Below, in pieces: positions 11,349 to 24,758 of a DNA stretch of 64,000 nucleotides. The stretch's first letter is position 1. Each line of letters opens with the position of its first letter. This DNA is from Malacoraja senta (lineage: Eukaryota), in assembly GCA_038087875.1 (NCBI GenBank), contig CM075988.1, forward strand, positions 18,292,001 through 18,356,000, given 5' to 3'. The notes beneath the pieces are model-generated. The model was not told the DNA's origin. It saw nothing but the letters and a program-made list of their open reading frames with translations, and searched no databases. The position numbers and the translations under genes were made by a program.

Positions 11349-11801
11349 AGCCAGTGTCCAGTTGCAGTAGCCAGTGTCCAGAGTAGAGTAGCCAGTGGCC
11401 AGATGCAGTAGCCAGTGTCCAGAGTGTAGCCAGTGGCTACATGCAGTAGCCAGTGTCCAGAGTGTATCCAGTGTCCAGAGTGGAGTAGCCAGCGTCCAAA
11501 GTGGAGTAGCCAGTATACTGATGCAGTAGCCAGTGTCCAGAATGGAGTAGCCAGGGTCCAGATGCAGTAGCCAGTATCCAGAGTGGAGTAGCCAGCGTCC
11601 AAAGTGGAGTAGCCAGTATATTGATGCAGTAGCCAGTGTCCAGAGTGGAGTAGCCAGTGTCCAGATGCAGTAGCCAGTGTCCAGATGCAGTAGCCAGTGT
11701 CCAGATGCAGTAGCCAGTGTCCAGATGCAGTAGCCAGCATCCAGATGCAGTAGCCAGTGTCCAGTGTACAGTAGCCAGTGTCCAGATGCAGTAGCCAGTG
11801 T
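11349..11801. repeat. 20-22 bp minisatellite
   Basis: Unit cagtagccagtgtccagatg and variants, ~22 copies. Confidence 0.95.
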
Positions 11802-12304
11802 ACATAGAACATGGAACAGTGCAGCACAGGAATGGGCCCTTCGGCCCACAATGCTTGTGCTGAACACAATGGCGTTAAATTCATCTCGTCTGCCTGTACA
11901 TGATCCATATCCCACTATTTCCTGCACTTTCACGTGCGTATCTAAAAGCTTCGTAAACGGCGCTATCGTATCTGCCTCCACCACCACCACCCCTCGCAAT
12001 GCGGCTCCAGGACCCCACCATTCTCTGCCCCGTACATCTCCATTACATTTCCCCCTCTCAACCTATTGCTGCGCCCTCTAACGTTGGATATCTCCACCCT
12101 GGGGATGTACGTCCGCACGCTGCTCACTGGAGGAAAACTGCTCCCATTTCCTTTGTTAGAACAATCCCAGTGCTCCGGCCAGCCAGACAGACAGACAGCG
12201 TGAAAGAATATCCGTGCGACAGCCTGCCGAGATACCGCATTGTTGCCTTTCACAAAGATTCTGCTGCTGATGAGAATGATACTTACAATTCCAGTTTGAG
12301 AGAT

Positions 12305-12602
<298 letters not shown>

Positions 12603-13579
12603 CAATGGAGGGAAACTGCAGGAAACTGCAAATGGAAACAGTGACCCTCAGCAGGTCTTCTGGAACCGACGATAATAAAGGTGACTGTCCCTGGGTGCTG
12701 TTGCCGGTGCCTGGGGGTGGTTGTGTTCTTGTTAAGCAGCTACATTGAGATGTTGCTGTCGATCCCGTGTGCAGAGTTCAATCCTGACCTCGGGTGATGT
12801 CTGTGGGATTTTATCTGTGACCACATAGGTTCCCCCCCCCCCCCCCCCCCCCCCCCGATGACTTTACTTGAGAGTTTAGGGATACAGCGCGGAAACAGGC
12901 CCTTCATCCCATCGGGTTCGTGCTGCCCGGCAATCACCCTGTACACTGGCACTATCCTACACACGGGGAACAAGTTAACCAATTGAAGCCAATTACCCTG
13001 CAAACCTGTACGTCTTTGGAACGTGGGAGGACACCGGAGCCAACCCACGCAGTTCACGGGGGGAACGTACAAACTCCGCACGGACAGGTCAGGATCGAGC
13101 CCGGATCTCTGGTGCTGTGGGCAGCGGTTCTGCCAGTTGCTCCACTCTGCTGTTTCCATCAGGTCTCTCCTCAACCCTCCAATCCAGGCAGCATTTCCAC
13201 CCACATCCCAATGACGGGGTCAAGGATACATCATCACACTTACCATGGCACATTGAAATGCTTTGTGTTTGCAAACAACCCGGTTAAATCATACAGCGGA
13301 CCTCACGTAGGCAGGGCACAGAGTCGCCACGTTCCTGGTGCTGACAACGTTACAGAAAGTTCATCAAACAGTCTATATTTCCTCACAGCGGTGAACCAGG
13401 CTTGGTGCCACACGTGGCCCCCGTCCCCCACCCCCAGTGCATTCCTTTGTTACTCTAGATGGTCCTCCTCGCTCCTGTTGGTGCGGGTCCCCCTACATTC
13501 ACGATGCCCCCCCCCCCCCAAGTGAGAGTGGGTTAATTAGCCTCTGTAACAACTGTCGCAGTGGGGCACCCTAGCCGGT

Positions 13580-13880
13580 GGGCAGCACGGTGACACAGCG
13601 GTAGAGTTGCTGCCTTTCCGTGCCAGAGGCCCGGGTTCGATCCTGACCTTGGGTGCTGTCTGTGCGGAGTTTCCCCGTGACCTGTGTGGGGTTTCCCCAG
13701 GAGCTCCAGTTTCCTCCCACACTCCAAAGACGTGCAGGTTTATATGTTACTTGGCTGTGTTAAATTGCAAGTTGTCCCCAGTGTGTGTCGGATAGTTCTA
13801 GTGTGCGGAGATCGCTAATCGGTGCGGACTCGGTGGGCCGAAGGGCCAGTTTCCGTGCTGTATCTCTAAACTAAACTAAA
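13580..13880 (+). mobile_element. V-SINE (HE1-like)
   Basis: Head with A-box- and B-box-like motifs (ggttcgatcc), V-domain, CR1-type tail ending ctaaactaaactaaa. Confidence 0.85.
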
Positions 13881-14021
13881 ATGTGGAGGAGGGCTGGGGG
13901 GGGTTGGAGGGGGGGTGGAAGGTTGAAGGGAAGAGGGAAGAAAGGTCACAGGAAAAGCTGCGGAGAATGGGATTGGTGGAATTGTTCGAACTAGAGCAAG
14001 CTGCACGACAAGAAAATACAC

Positions 14022-14092
14022 CTGAGATATCCTCCTCGTTTCCCTGTTGCATTTGACTTGCACATTTTGTATTTGGTTCGGCTCATCCCATC
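14022..14092 (-). CDS. Candidate 71-nt internal exon (DGMSRTKYKMCKSNATGKRGGYL or WDEPNQIQNVQVKCNRETRRISQ)
   Basis: Acceptor cctatctctgtcag, donor CAG|gtgtat, unique sequence; two frames open. Confidence 0.3.
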
Positions 14093-15774
14093 CTGACAGA
14101 GATAGGGGGATGATGGACAACAGCTGGGAGACGGAGCAATGCCCTGGGAATTCTACCTTACAACTAGTCTTTAATCTCTCCTGTCGGTGCGCATGGTACT
14201 ATCAGTAATTAGCTAGAGTGAAGGCAGCCACAATGATTCACTCCACAGCCAGCATCCTGCCTTAGCCATGAGGCTCTCATATCCAGCTGTGGAAATGAAA
14301 CACCAATCTCTACACTGGTGCAGTTCCAGCCAGGTCAGAAATCCCTCTCCAATCCACCCTGTTTCGGCCCATCTACTCCGCCATTCAATCATGGGCTGAT
14401 CTCTGCCACCTAATCCAATTTTCCTGCCTTCTCCCCATAACACTGGACACCCGTTCTAATCAAGAACTTGTCTATCTCTGCCTTTAAAAAAATCCACTGA
14501 CTTGGCCTCCACAGCCCTCTGAGTTCCACAGATTCACTACCCTCTGACTGAAGAAGTTCCTCCTCACCTCCTTTCTAAAGGAGCTCCCTTGTGAGACGCT
14601 CGTGAGGTCCCTGCCTGAAAAATTGTTTATCAGCTTTCTTAAAGTCACACAGCGCAGCAACAGGCCCTTTGGCCCAATTCGTCCAGGATGCCCCATCTAA
14701 GCCAGCCCCATTTGGCTGTGCTTGGCCCATATCTCTCCAAACCTTCCCTATCCATGTACCTGTCCAAATGTCTTTTAAATGTTGTTATTGTATCTGCCTC
14801 AACTACACTTTCTGCACACCTACCACCCTCTGTGTGGAAATGTTGCCACTCATGTTCCTACTCAATCACTCTCCACTCACTGTAAACCTATGCCCTTGAT
14901 TACCCTACCCCTTGGAGAAGGACTTGTGTATTCACCCAGTCTATTCTCATGGTCTTGTACACCTCTATAAGGTCACCTCTCTGCCTCCGAATGAGTTGGT
15001 GTTGTGTGAAGATACACTGACGGTGTTATATAAAGAGATGCAGCCTGCATGAGCAAAACACAAAGTGCTGGAGGAACTCAGCGGGTCAGGCAGCATCTGT
15101 GGAGGAAACGGACAGCCACTGTCTTTGGTCAGGATCTTTCAACAGCCTGGTGGTAGTTAAGGGGCTGCCATCTCGGTCCTGTTACTCCTTAAGGTTCAAA
15201 CACTGGAGTAGATCCTTGCCGAGTGTGGCAACGTTATACGCGTTCAGACGTTCTGACGTGCACACGTTACCCATTGCACAATTCATACCTTGCACTTCAC
15301 CTTGCACTAAACGTTATTCCCTTATCATGTATCTATCTATACACTGTAATGGCTTGATTGTAATCATGCATTGTCTTTCTGCTGACTTTCTGGTTAGCAC
15401 GCAACAAAAGCTTTTCACTGTACCTCAGTACATGTGACAATAAACTAAACTGAAACTGAATAATAAACTGACAATAGACTGAACTGAAAATGAGTTTAGT
15501 CAATTCCAGGATACAATGTACACCGCGGCACACCTTGTTTCTGTTCTGCATATAACCCGGTAAAATCATACAGCAGACCTCACCTAGTCAGTGCACAAGT
15601 GTCGCCACGTTTCTGGCACTGCTCAGAAACAGGCCCTTCGGCCCACTGGGTCTGTGCCGACCAGCAATCCCCATATACTAGCACTACCCTACACACCGGG
15701 GACAATTTACAATATTTAACCAAAGCTAATTAATCTACAAACCTGTATGCTGTTGAAGAGTGGGAGCAAACCTA

Positions 15775-16303
15775 TGCTGCACTCCCTCAATAGCAAGAAT
15801 GTCCTTCCTCAAATTTGGGGACCAAAACTGCACAGAATACTCCAGGTGTGGTCTCACTAGGGCCCTGTGCAACTGTAGAAGGACCTCTTTGCTCCTATAC
15901 TCACTTCTCTTGTTATGAAAGCCAACATGCCATTCGCTTTCTTCACTGCCTTCTGTACCTGCATGCTTACTTTCAGTGACTGATGAACAAGGACCCCCAG
16001 ATCTCGTTGTACCTCCCCTTTTCTTAACTTGACACCATTCATATAATAATCTGCATCCTTTTCTTGACACCAAAGTGGATAACCTCACATTTATCCACAT
16101 TAAACTGCATCTGCCATGCATCTGCCCACTCACCCAACCTGTCCAAGTCACCGTGCATCCTCATAGCATCCTCCTCACAGTTCACACTGCCAACCAGCTT
16201 TGTGTCATCTGCAAATTTGCTAATGTTACCTTTAATCCCTTCATCTAAATCATGAATGTATATTGTAAATAGCTGCGGTCCCAGCACCGAGCCTTGCGGT
16301 ACC
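15775..16303 (-). mobile_element. CR1 LINE internal RT fragment, frameshifted
   Basis: [32 protein letters not shown] spread over several frames. Confidence 0.9.
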
Positions 16304-16820
16304 CGCAGGAAGCTGTCTCAGAAAAACCCTGCATTATTTAATGGTTTACAGAGCCGCAGATTAAAGGCAGTAATAACCACACTTCAAAGTGTTTTAGTTA
16401 TTCTGCCAGAACTTGAAATCACCAGCATTCCACATTTTATAGCCAGCCACATGCTGAAACGTCACCCATTCCTTCTCTCCAAAGATGCTGCCTGTCCACT
16501 GAGTTACCCCAGCTTTTTGTGTCTCTCTGCTGTGGTGAAACTTGGCTCGCTTTTAGAGAGGCCTCCAGCCACATAACCCATCGCCATCCCCGTCCATCTG
16601 CTTTGGGTGGGGTTGTTTCACCCTTCCCCAGTGCCGGGGAGGGATCAGTTATACCCACCACCACACCAGATGCTGGAGTAACTCAGCGGGACAGCCAGCA
16701 TCTCTGGAGAGAAGGAACGGGAAGGAACTGAGTCAGGGGAGAGGGAGACAGAGAGATATGGAGGGGTAAGGTGTGAAAACGACAGATCAAAACAAGATGT
16801 GATAAGGAAATGTAGAATGG

Positions 16821-17424
16821 ACAATGCAACACTTGTCCCTTCACTTCCCCCCTCCACTCCATTCCAGGACCCAAGCAGTCGTTCCAGGTGCGACAGAGGT
16901 TCACCTGCATCTCCTCCAACCTCATCTATTGCATTCGCTGCTCTAGATGCCAGCTGATCTACATCGGTGAGACCAAGCGGAGGCTTGGCGATCGTTTCGC
17001 CGAACACCTCCGGTCGGTCCGCAATAACCAACCTGAACTCCCGGTGGCTCAGCACTTCAACTCCCCCTCCCATTCCGTATCTGACCTCTCTGTCCTGGGT
17101 CTCCTCCATGGCCACAGCGAGCAACACCGTAAATTGGAGGAAATGCACCTCATATTCCGCTTGGGCAGTCTACACCCTGGTGGCCTGAACGTTGAATTCT
17201 CCCAATTCTGCTAGCCCTGGCTGTCCCCTCCCCTTCATCAGCCAGCTGGTTGTCTCCTCCCCTCCCCCAACCCTCGGGCTCCTCCTCCTCCTTTTCCTTT
17301 TTTCCTTTCTTCTCCCCACCCCCTATCAGTCTGAAGAAGGGTTTCGGCCCGAAACGTTACCTATTTCCTTCGCTCCATAGATGCTGCTGCACCCGCTGAG
17401 TTTCTCCAGCATTTTTGTGTACCT
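16821..17424 (+). mobile_element. Penelope-like element 3' fragment (GIY-YIG endonuclease plus terminal module)
   Basis: ORF 16888-17214 NLIYCIRC..YIGETKRRLGDRFAEH..HFN..PGGLN; TSD TAGAATGG at 16813-16820 and 17425-17432; hammerhead-like core at 17331-17358. Confidence 0.9.
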
Positions 17425-17737
17425 TAGAATGGTTCATTGTTGGCTGAGGGGAAGGTGACAACGCGGCAAGCAATCAGTGATATTTAATCAGGACAGTGAA
17501 ACTAGTCGGAGAACTGGGGTGGGGAAGGGGCGGAGAGAGAGGGAAAGCAAGGGTTACTTGAAGTTAGAGGTCAATATTCATGCCTCTGGGTTGTAAGCTG
17601 CCACACCAGTGACAGACTGGCCCTCTCAGCTTCACAGTGACCGCACACAGAGCAAAGTTAGTCTATCACTCCGCATTATAGGGGCAATGGACAGGGCTCA
17701 CAGTTCACAAACCATTCGGAGACAGGATACAGATTTA

Positions 17738-19028
17738 TAGATACATAGATACATAGAAAATAGGTGCAGGAGTAGGCCATTCGGCCCTTCGAGCCTGCAC
17801 CGCCATTCAATACGATCATGGCTGATCATCCAACTCAGTATCCCGTACCTGCCTTCTCTCCATACCCCCTGATCCCTTTAGCCACAAGGGCCACATCTAA
17901 CTCCCTCTTAAATATAGCCAATGAACTGGCCTCAACTACCCTCTGTGGCAGAGAGTTCCAGAGATTCACCACTCTCTGTGTGAAAAAGTTTTTCCTCATC
18001 TCGGTCTTAAAGGATTTCCCCCTTATCCTTAAGCTGTGACCCCTTGTCCTGGACTTCCCCAACATCGGGAACAATCTTCCTGCATCTAGCCTGTCCAACC
18101 CCATAAGAATTTTGTACGTTTCTATAAGATCCCCTCTCAATCTCCTAAATTCTAGCGAGTATAAGCCAAGTCTATCCAGTCTTTCTTCATATGAAAGTCC
18201 TGACATCCCAGGTATCAGTCTGGTGAACCTTCTCTGCACTCCCTCTATGGCTATAATGTCCTTCCTCAGATTTGGAGACCAAAACTGTACGCAATACTCC
18301 AGGTGTGGTCTCACCAAGACCCTGTACAACTGCAGTAGCACCTCCCTGCTCCTATACTCAAATCCTCTTGCTATGAAGGCCAACATACCATTCGCTTTCT
18401 TCACTGCCTGCTGCACCTGCATGCCTACTTTCAATGACTGGTGTACCATGACACCCAGGTCTCGCTGCACCTCCCCATTTCCTAATCGGCCACCATTTAG
18501 ATAATAGTCTGCCTTCCCGTTTTTGCCACCAAAGTGGATAACCTCACATTTATCCACATTATACTGCATCTGCCAAACATTTGCCCACTCACCCAGCCTA
18601 TCCAAGTCACCTTGCAGTCTCCTAGCATCCTCCTCACAGCTAACACTGCCCCCCCAGCTTAGTGTCATCCGCAAACTTGGAGATGTTGCTTTCAATTCCC
18701 TCGTCCAGATCATTAATATAAATTGTAAATAGCTGGGGTCCCAGCACTGAGCCTTGCGGTACCCCACTAGTCACTGCCTGCCATTGTGAAAAGGACCCGT
18801 TTACTCCTACTCTTTGCTTCCTGTTAGCCAGCCAGTTCTCTATCCACATCAATACTGAACCCCCAATACCGTGTGATTTAAGTTTGTATCCTAATCTCTT
18901 ATTGTGGTACCTTGTCGAAAGCCTTCTGAAAGTCCAGATACAACACATCCACTGGTTCTCCCTTATCCACTCTACTAGTTACATCCTCGAAAAATTCTAT
19001 AAGATTCGCCAGACACGATTTACCTTTC
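17738..19028 (-). mobile_element. CR1 (HER1-like) LINE, 5'-truncated, RT domain
   Basis: [46 protein letters not shown]; 3' UTR and (ctatgtat)n tail. Confidence 0.95.
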
Positions 19029-19624
19029 GGGATCACAAATAGGACACAAAGTGCTGGAGTTCAACAGTTCACTTATTGTCATGTGTACGTACCAAAGGGA
19101 CAGTGAAAGACATGTTTTTGCATCATCGACCAGTGCGATTATTGCCAAATGTAAAGACAATCTCCGATTAAGTACCACGTGCCTGGGAACAGCCCGCAGA
19201 GTCCGAACATAGGTGGCTCAGGCAGCATCTCTGGACAACATGGATGGGTGACGTAGAGATGTCTATTTCTGCCACAGATGCTGCCTGACCCGCTGAGCTC
19301 CTCCAGCACTTTGTGCTTTAACAAGATCCTCCAGCACCTGCAGTTCCCGGTCTCCAAACGCAGTGGACCCACGATTTGTCTGGGAAGGAACTGCAGATGC
19401 TGGTTTCTATTGAACACAGACACAATGAAGAATGACACCAAAATTCAGGCAGCATCTCTGGACAACATGGATAGGTGACGGTTCAGGTCGGGAGGCTACT
19501 GCTGACACAGTATTGCACTGTAGAATCTTGCATTGTGTAACGCTTCATATTCTGTAAGATGAGACTATAAAATGGAACTGTGTTGGAAAGAACTGTAGAT
19601 GCTGATTTATACAAAGGACAAAGG

Positions 19625-20452
19625 ACATTGATTGTCACATACACCAAATGGTGTAGTGAAATTTGTCTTGCCATGCAGCACAAATAGACACAACATTAAA
19701 GAAATTTAACATAAACATCAAACATCCCCCCACAATGGTTCCCACTGTGGGGGAAGGCACACAGTTCAGTCCCTATCCCCTTGTCCACCCATAGTCGGGC
19801 CTATATAGGCCTCCACAGTCGCCGCTACGGGGGCCAATGTTACAGGCCCTTCTTCGCCGGGTGATGGTGCTCCGGCGTCGGGAGAACCCTCTCAGCGGCT
19901 TGGGACACCTGGAACGGCCGCCTCCTTACCGGAGACCGCGGCTTCCGAAGCCGACAGGCCGCGCTGGACGGAGCTCCACCACTGGCGATCTCGGCGAGAG
20001 ATCCCAGGCTCCCCGATGTAAAGTTCAGCGCCGCCGCCCGCAGCTGGCCGCTCCACAGACCCGCAGCTCCGCGATGTTCACCGGCGGTCCCAGCTCGCCG
20101 GAGTTCCAGCGCGGCGACCCGGGCAAGGCATCGCCCGCGATAGCGCTCCAGCGCTGCGCCGCCGCCAAAGCCGAGGTCCTGGGCGGTCCCCTCAGGAAAA
20201 CGCCGCTCCCTCAGGAAACGCCGCTCCAGGCCCGCTGGACGGGTCGAAAGTGCAGCCGGAGAAAAGCTGCCACTCCGACCAGGTAGGGACCCTAGAAAGT
20301 AGTTTCCCCCTCCCCCCACCCCCCCCCACCCCCCCACATAAAAAAGAATAGAACTCCTAAAAAACAAAACTAACTAACAACTAAATAAAAAATAAATGAA
20401 AACGGACAGCTGCAGGCTGGGCAGCCATACCACACAGGACGGCGCCCCCCCA
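19625..20452 (-). mobile_element. GC-rich non-autonomous retroelement (LINE-like 5' end, Rex1-like tail)
   Basis: Minus strand ends aaatttcactacacc...gtgacaatcaa; CpG-rich body; splits a Penelope module. Confidence 0.5.
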
Positions 20453-21464
20453 ACAATAGACACAAAATACTGGGGTAACTCAGCAGGTCTACCACTACTT
20501 AACTCTACGCCTTGGTGATTGCCAGTCATCCCACCCCCCCTCGGACACTCCTTCCCCCAATGACTGATCTCCCTCCCTGGAAATTGCACTACTGCTACTG
20601 TATGTACATATATATATATATTACTGTTCTATTATTCTGTGTTGGCACTTCTGGGTGAGATGCTAACTGCATTTCGTTGTCTCCTGTACTTGTACACTGC
20701 ACAATGACAATGAAGTTTTGAATCTGAATCTGAATCTGAGGTCACATAGCATCTCTGGAGAAAAGGAACAGGTGACATTTCGGGTCACAACCCTTCTTCA
20801 GTCCGAAACTGAAACGTCGCCTATTATTTTCTCCAGAGACGCTGCATGACCCACTGAGTTACTCCAGTGTCTATCTTTGGTGTGACCCAATGATGTGTGC
20901 GCGGCAGGCGGCGACTGGAACCAAGCGGCTGTACGCTGTCTGTCGGTGCACGGTACCCCAGTGGGTAGTGACCACGGGACTAAGCCAGTGTCACTCCACC
21001 AGCGGTTTTCTGCTCCTCTCTCTCAAAGACTGTGTGGAACAGGTTGCTGCGTGCAAAATAAACCTCTGCAGAATTCACGGCCTTATCTCCGCCAGCCCCC
21101 TCTTCAGGGACACCTGTTGAGCCACTGCGTCTCATCAGTATGGAAATGAAATGAACCATCCCTCTCCAGTGCACTGCTCCATTACCCAGGACAAAGGAGA
21201 GATAACAAGCTGCCAGCGCCACAACTCTCTGATTTAATGTCCTTTATCTCCCTCTTACTTATTTACCCACAACTCCTTTTTTTCTGCTACAAGATTAATG
21301 AAAGAGGATGCGGCCATGACAAGCAGCATAAATATGTTGAGCAAACTCCGTGCCTGTGGGCCCAGCTGTCCGTGTGCAAGCTTATCGGTGCTGGAGATGC
21401 AGGCATCTCTCTACCAGCTGCGGGGCAGCGATGAGCCGCTGCACGCGCTGTACACGTCGACTTG

Positions 21465-21775
21465 GGCGGCAGGTTGGCGCAGCGGTAGAGTTGCTGCCTT
21501 ACTGCGCCGGACATCCGGTGACGATCCTGACTACGGATGCTGTCTCTACGGAGTTTGCACGTTCTGCCCCGTGACCTGCGTGGGTTTTCTCCGGGTGCTC
21601 TCGTTTCCTCCCGACTTTACACTCCAAAGACGTGCGGGTTTGTAGGTTCATTGGCCTCGGTAAAATTGTAAATTGTCCCTAGTGTGTGGGACCGTACGAG
21701 TGAACGTGGGGATTGCTGGTCGGTGCAGATTCAGCGGGCTGAAGGGCCTGTTTCAGCACTGTATCTCTAAACTCA
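21465..21775 (+). mobile_element. V-SINE (HE1-like)
   Basis: Matches the family consensus seen across the window. Confidence 0.85.
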
Positions 21776-22904
21776 CCTGCACTAAACTCTCTAATTGCTC
21801 ATTAGCAGAGAGGGGGTAAAGTCTGTGTCTGTACAGTCTAAAGTCTAAATTCCTCCTCATCTCCTTTCTAAAGGTGCATTGATCGAGGCTGAGCCCACTG
21901 GTCCTAGACTCTCCCACGAGTAGAAACATCCTCTCCACGTCCACTCTATCCAGGCCTTTCACTATTCAGCAACATCTACCTCGAGCGGGTGAGCGAGCAC
22001 CATCAGACTGTGCCAGTGCCTGCGGCTAGCTCTCTCCTGCAGCCCAGCTGAGATTCACCGTTGTGTTAGCAAATGAATGATTTATTTAGATGCCAGAACG
22101 CAGAAGAGAATGGATGAGAGACGCAATCTGACTGCTGCAGGATGCAAGTTCCCGAATCCAACCATTCAATCACCCATCCCTCAGTCTGCAGCTGTCTGTG
22201 ATCGGGAGGCATGGTGGCGCAGCGGTCGAGTTGCTGCCTTATAGCGCCAGAGACCCGGGTTCGATCCTGACCTCGGATGCAGTTCAAGAAATTTTGAGAT
22301 ACAGCATGGAAACAGGCCCTTTGGCCCATCGAGGCCACGCCGACCATCGATCACCTGTTCACATCAAAGGGATCCACAGGAGGCCCTGCCTCAAAAAGGG
22401 CAGCCAATATCACCAAGACCCACACTACCCTGGCCACGCTCCCATCTCGCTGCCACCATCGGGGAGAAGGTACAGGAGCCTGAAAACCGTGACACTAAGG
22501 ACTGTGTCTTTGGTTGCACTACAGACCTTGGGTTTGCGCTATTATGGTTACCTAGTATTATGCTTATAAATTTATTATATTATTAGTTATTAAATATTTA
22601 TCTGTGTGTTATTGAGTTTATGGGCCCGTTAAACTGCAGCAGGTAAGAATGTCATTGTTCTGCAGCTGGTATACAAGATAATAAACACTCTTTGTCAGGC
22701 AGCAAAGCTGCAGCAAGCAAGAATATCATCGTTCTGTTGCCGATCCAGATGACAATTAAACGCCGTGGAATTTTGATCAGCAAAACTGACGCCCCTGATA
22801 AAAAAAACTGCTCGCAAATCAATCAGTTATCGCAGTGGACGGTCGAAGGGAGAAGCAGAGCTGCACATCCTCGACTTGCCACCCGAGAAGTCTTTCTGGC
22901 CAGC

Positions 22905-23178
22905 AAGGTGGTGCAGCGGTAGTTGCTGCCCTACAGCACCAGATCTTGAATACGGGCGCTGTCCGTGCAGGGCTTTGACCTGCGTGGGTTTTCTCCGGGT
23001 GCTCCGGTTTTCTCCCACACTCCAAAGGCGTGCAAGTTTGTGGGCGTATTGGCTTGGTAAAATCGTAAATTATCCTGGTGTGTGTAGGAAAGTGCTCGTG
23101 GAGGGGGGCGATCGCTGGGCGGTGCGGACTCGGTGGGCCGAAGGGGCCTGTTTCCGCGCTGTATCTCTGAACTAAACC
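22905..23178 (+). mobile_element. V-SINE (HE1-like)
   Basis: Family consensus with CR1-type tail. Confidence 0.8.
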
Positions 23179-24425
23179 AAGCGGCACCTCTGTACTACTC
23201 TATCTCCTCTAATACTTTCCCGAGACCATAAGTTGCCATGCAGACTAGGCGAGGAAACAACAGACCTGATTAAACACCGCACATTGTAACAAAACATAGC
23301 CAAAGGGTAAAGGACCCTGTGCACATGAAAACATGCTGAGCATAAAACAGAGAACAGTACAAGAAAAGGCCTTTCGGCCCGCAATGTCTGTGCCAAATAC
23401 AATGCCACTACCTTCTCTAATCAGCCTGCACATAATCCATATCCTTCCACTCCCCGCACATCCATGTCCCAATCCAAAGGTCTCTTAAATGCAATTTAAC
23501 GCATCAGCACAAAGTTAAGTAAAAGACTAATTACTTCAACTCATGATGAGAACTTTGTTAGGCGGCTTCCCTCCCCAGTTACAACATAAAAGAACATCCA
23601 TTAATTAGAATTTAAAGGCCATTCCCAAAGCTTTAGCACAGCATTTACAAACAAATATTATGAGAATGTTATTCACTTTGTGAATCAGACCCGATAGAGG
23701 TTTGTAAAATTATGACAGGCGTAGACAACCAGAATCTTTCTCGCAGAGTGGAAATGTTAAAGACTAGAGGGCACAGTTTTACGGTGAGAGGATGAGATGG
23801 GCACGGAGAATGGTGGGGGCCTGGAACGTTACTTCCAAGGGTGGTGGTGGAGGCAGATACGTTAGAGGCATTTAAAAGACTTTGAGATAGACACATGGAT
23901 ATGCAGGGAATGGAGGGATTATGGCTCACATGCACACAGAGGAGATTAGCTTGTTTTGGCACATTGTTCGGCTGAGATATTTTGGACCAAAGGGCCTGTT
24001 GCTGCACCGTACTGTGCTATGTTCTATGTTCTAGATGCTATTACTCAAAGTATCTACAACCTCTGAAGTTCCTGGGCTCCAGGGCACAATAGTGGGACTA
24101 TTGTCAATGGGGCTTCTTGGTTGGCATGCGTGGAGTGAGCCCACGGGCCTGTTTCTGTGCTGTATGATTCTATCAGGTAGTGGAGTCAATGGATATGGGG
24201 GAGAAGGCAGGAACAAGGTACTGATTGAGGATGATCAGCCATGATCACAGTGAATGGCGGTGCTGGCTCGAAGGGCCAAATGGCCTACTCCTGCACCTAT
24301 TGCCTATTGTCTATTGTCTATTATCATTCAAGGACCCTTCATCAGTTTTTCAGTGCCTGAGTATTCCTGCGGTGCTGTTTAAGGGGACATGGCTTGCTTT
24401 CTCCACAGAGAGAGTTGCTGCCTTA

Positions 24426-24758
24426 AACCCCTGTCCCACGGTACGAGTTCATTCCAAGAGTTCTCCCGAGTTTGCCCTGATTTGAACTCGGAGATTTACG
24501 GTAATGGCCACTCGTCGGTACTCGGGGCTCTCGTGGACATTTTCCATCATGTTGAAAAATCTTCACGAGTCTTCCCGTGGCTTACCTGCCGTTAGCGAGT
24601 CTTCCCGTGTACATGCCGTTCGCGTTACGAGCCGCTAAGAGACGTCCCCAAGCTCCGACGTACCCGCTACGTTCATTCTCCGTGCTTACCACGAGTTTGA
24701 TTTTTTTTAAAACTCGGGAGAGCTCTTGGAATGAACTCGTACCGTGGGGACAGGGCTA
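24426..24758. mobile_element. PIF/Harbinger-like MITE
   Basis: ~45-bp TIR ccctgtcccacggtacgagttcattccaagag(t/c)tctcccgagttt; TTA on the left flank; same family as 48523-48840 in opposite orientation. Confidence 0.85.

Noticed and set aside
11349..11801. CRISPR array
   Set aside because: No unique spacers, no cas genes, vertebrate context
11219..11999. Long ORFs with GYC/WTLAT/HWLLH repeats
   Set aside because: Translations of the minisatellite, open in several frames
13580..13650. tRNA-like sequences at SINE heads
   Set aside because: Each continues into the V-domain and LINE-type tail; no stand-alone cloverleaf seen
15022..15044. 23-nt minus-strand micro-exon (CISLYNT)
   Set aside because: The acceptor derives from the end of a Penelope module; too short to support
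19837..20367. GC-rich ORFs or CpG island as a promoter or gene
   Set aside because: Lies within an inserted element that splits another repeat; ORFs on both strands reflect GC content
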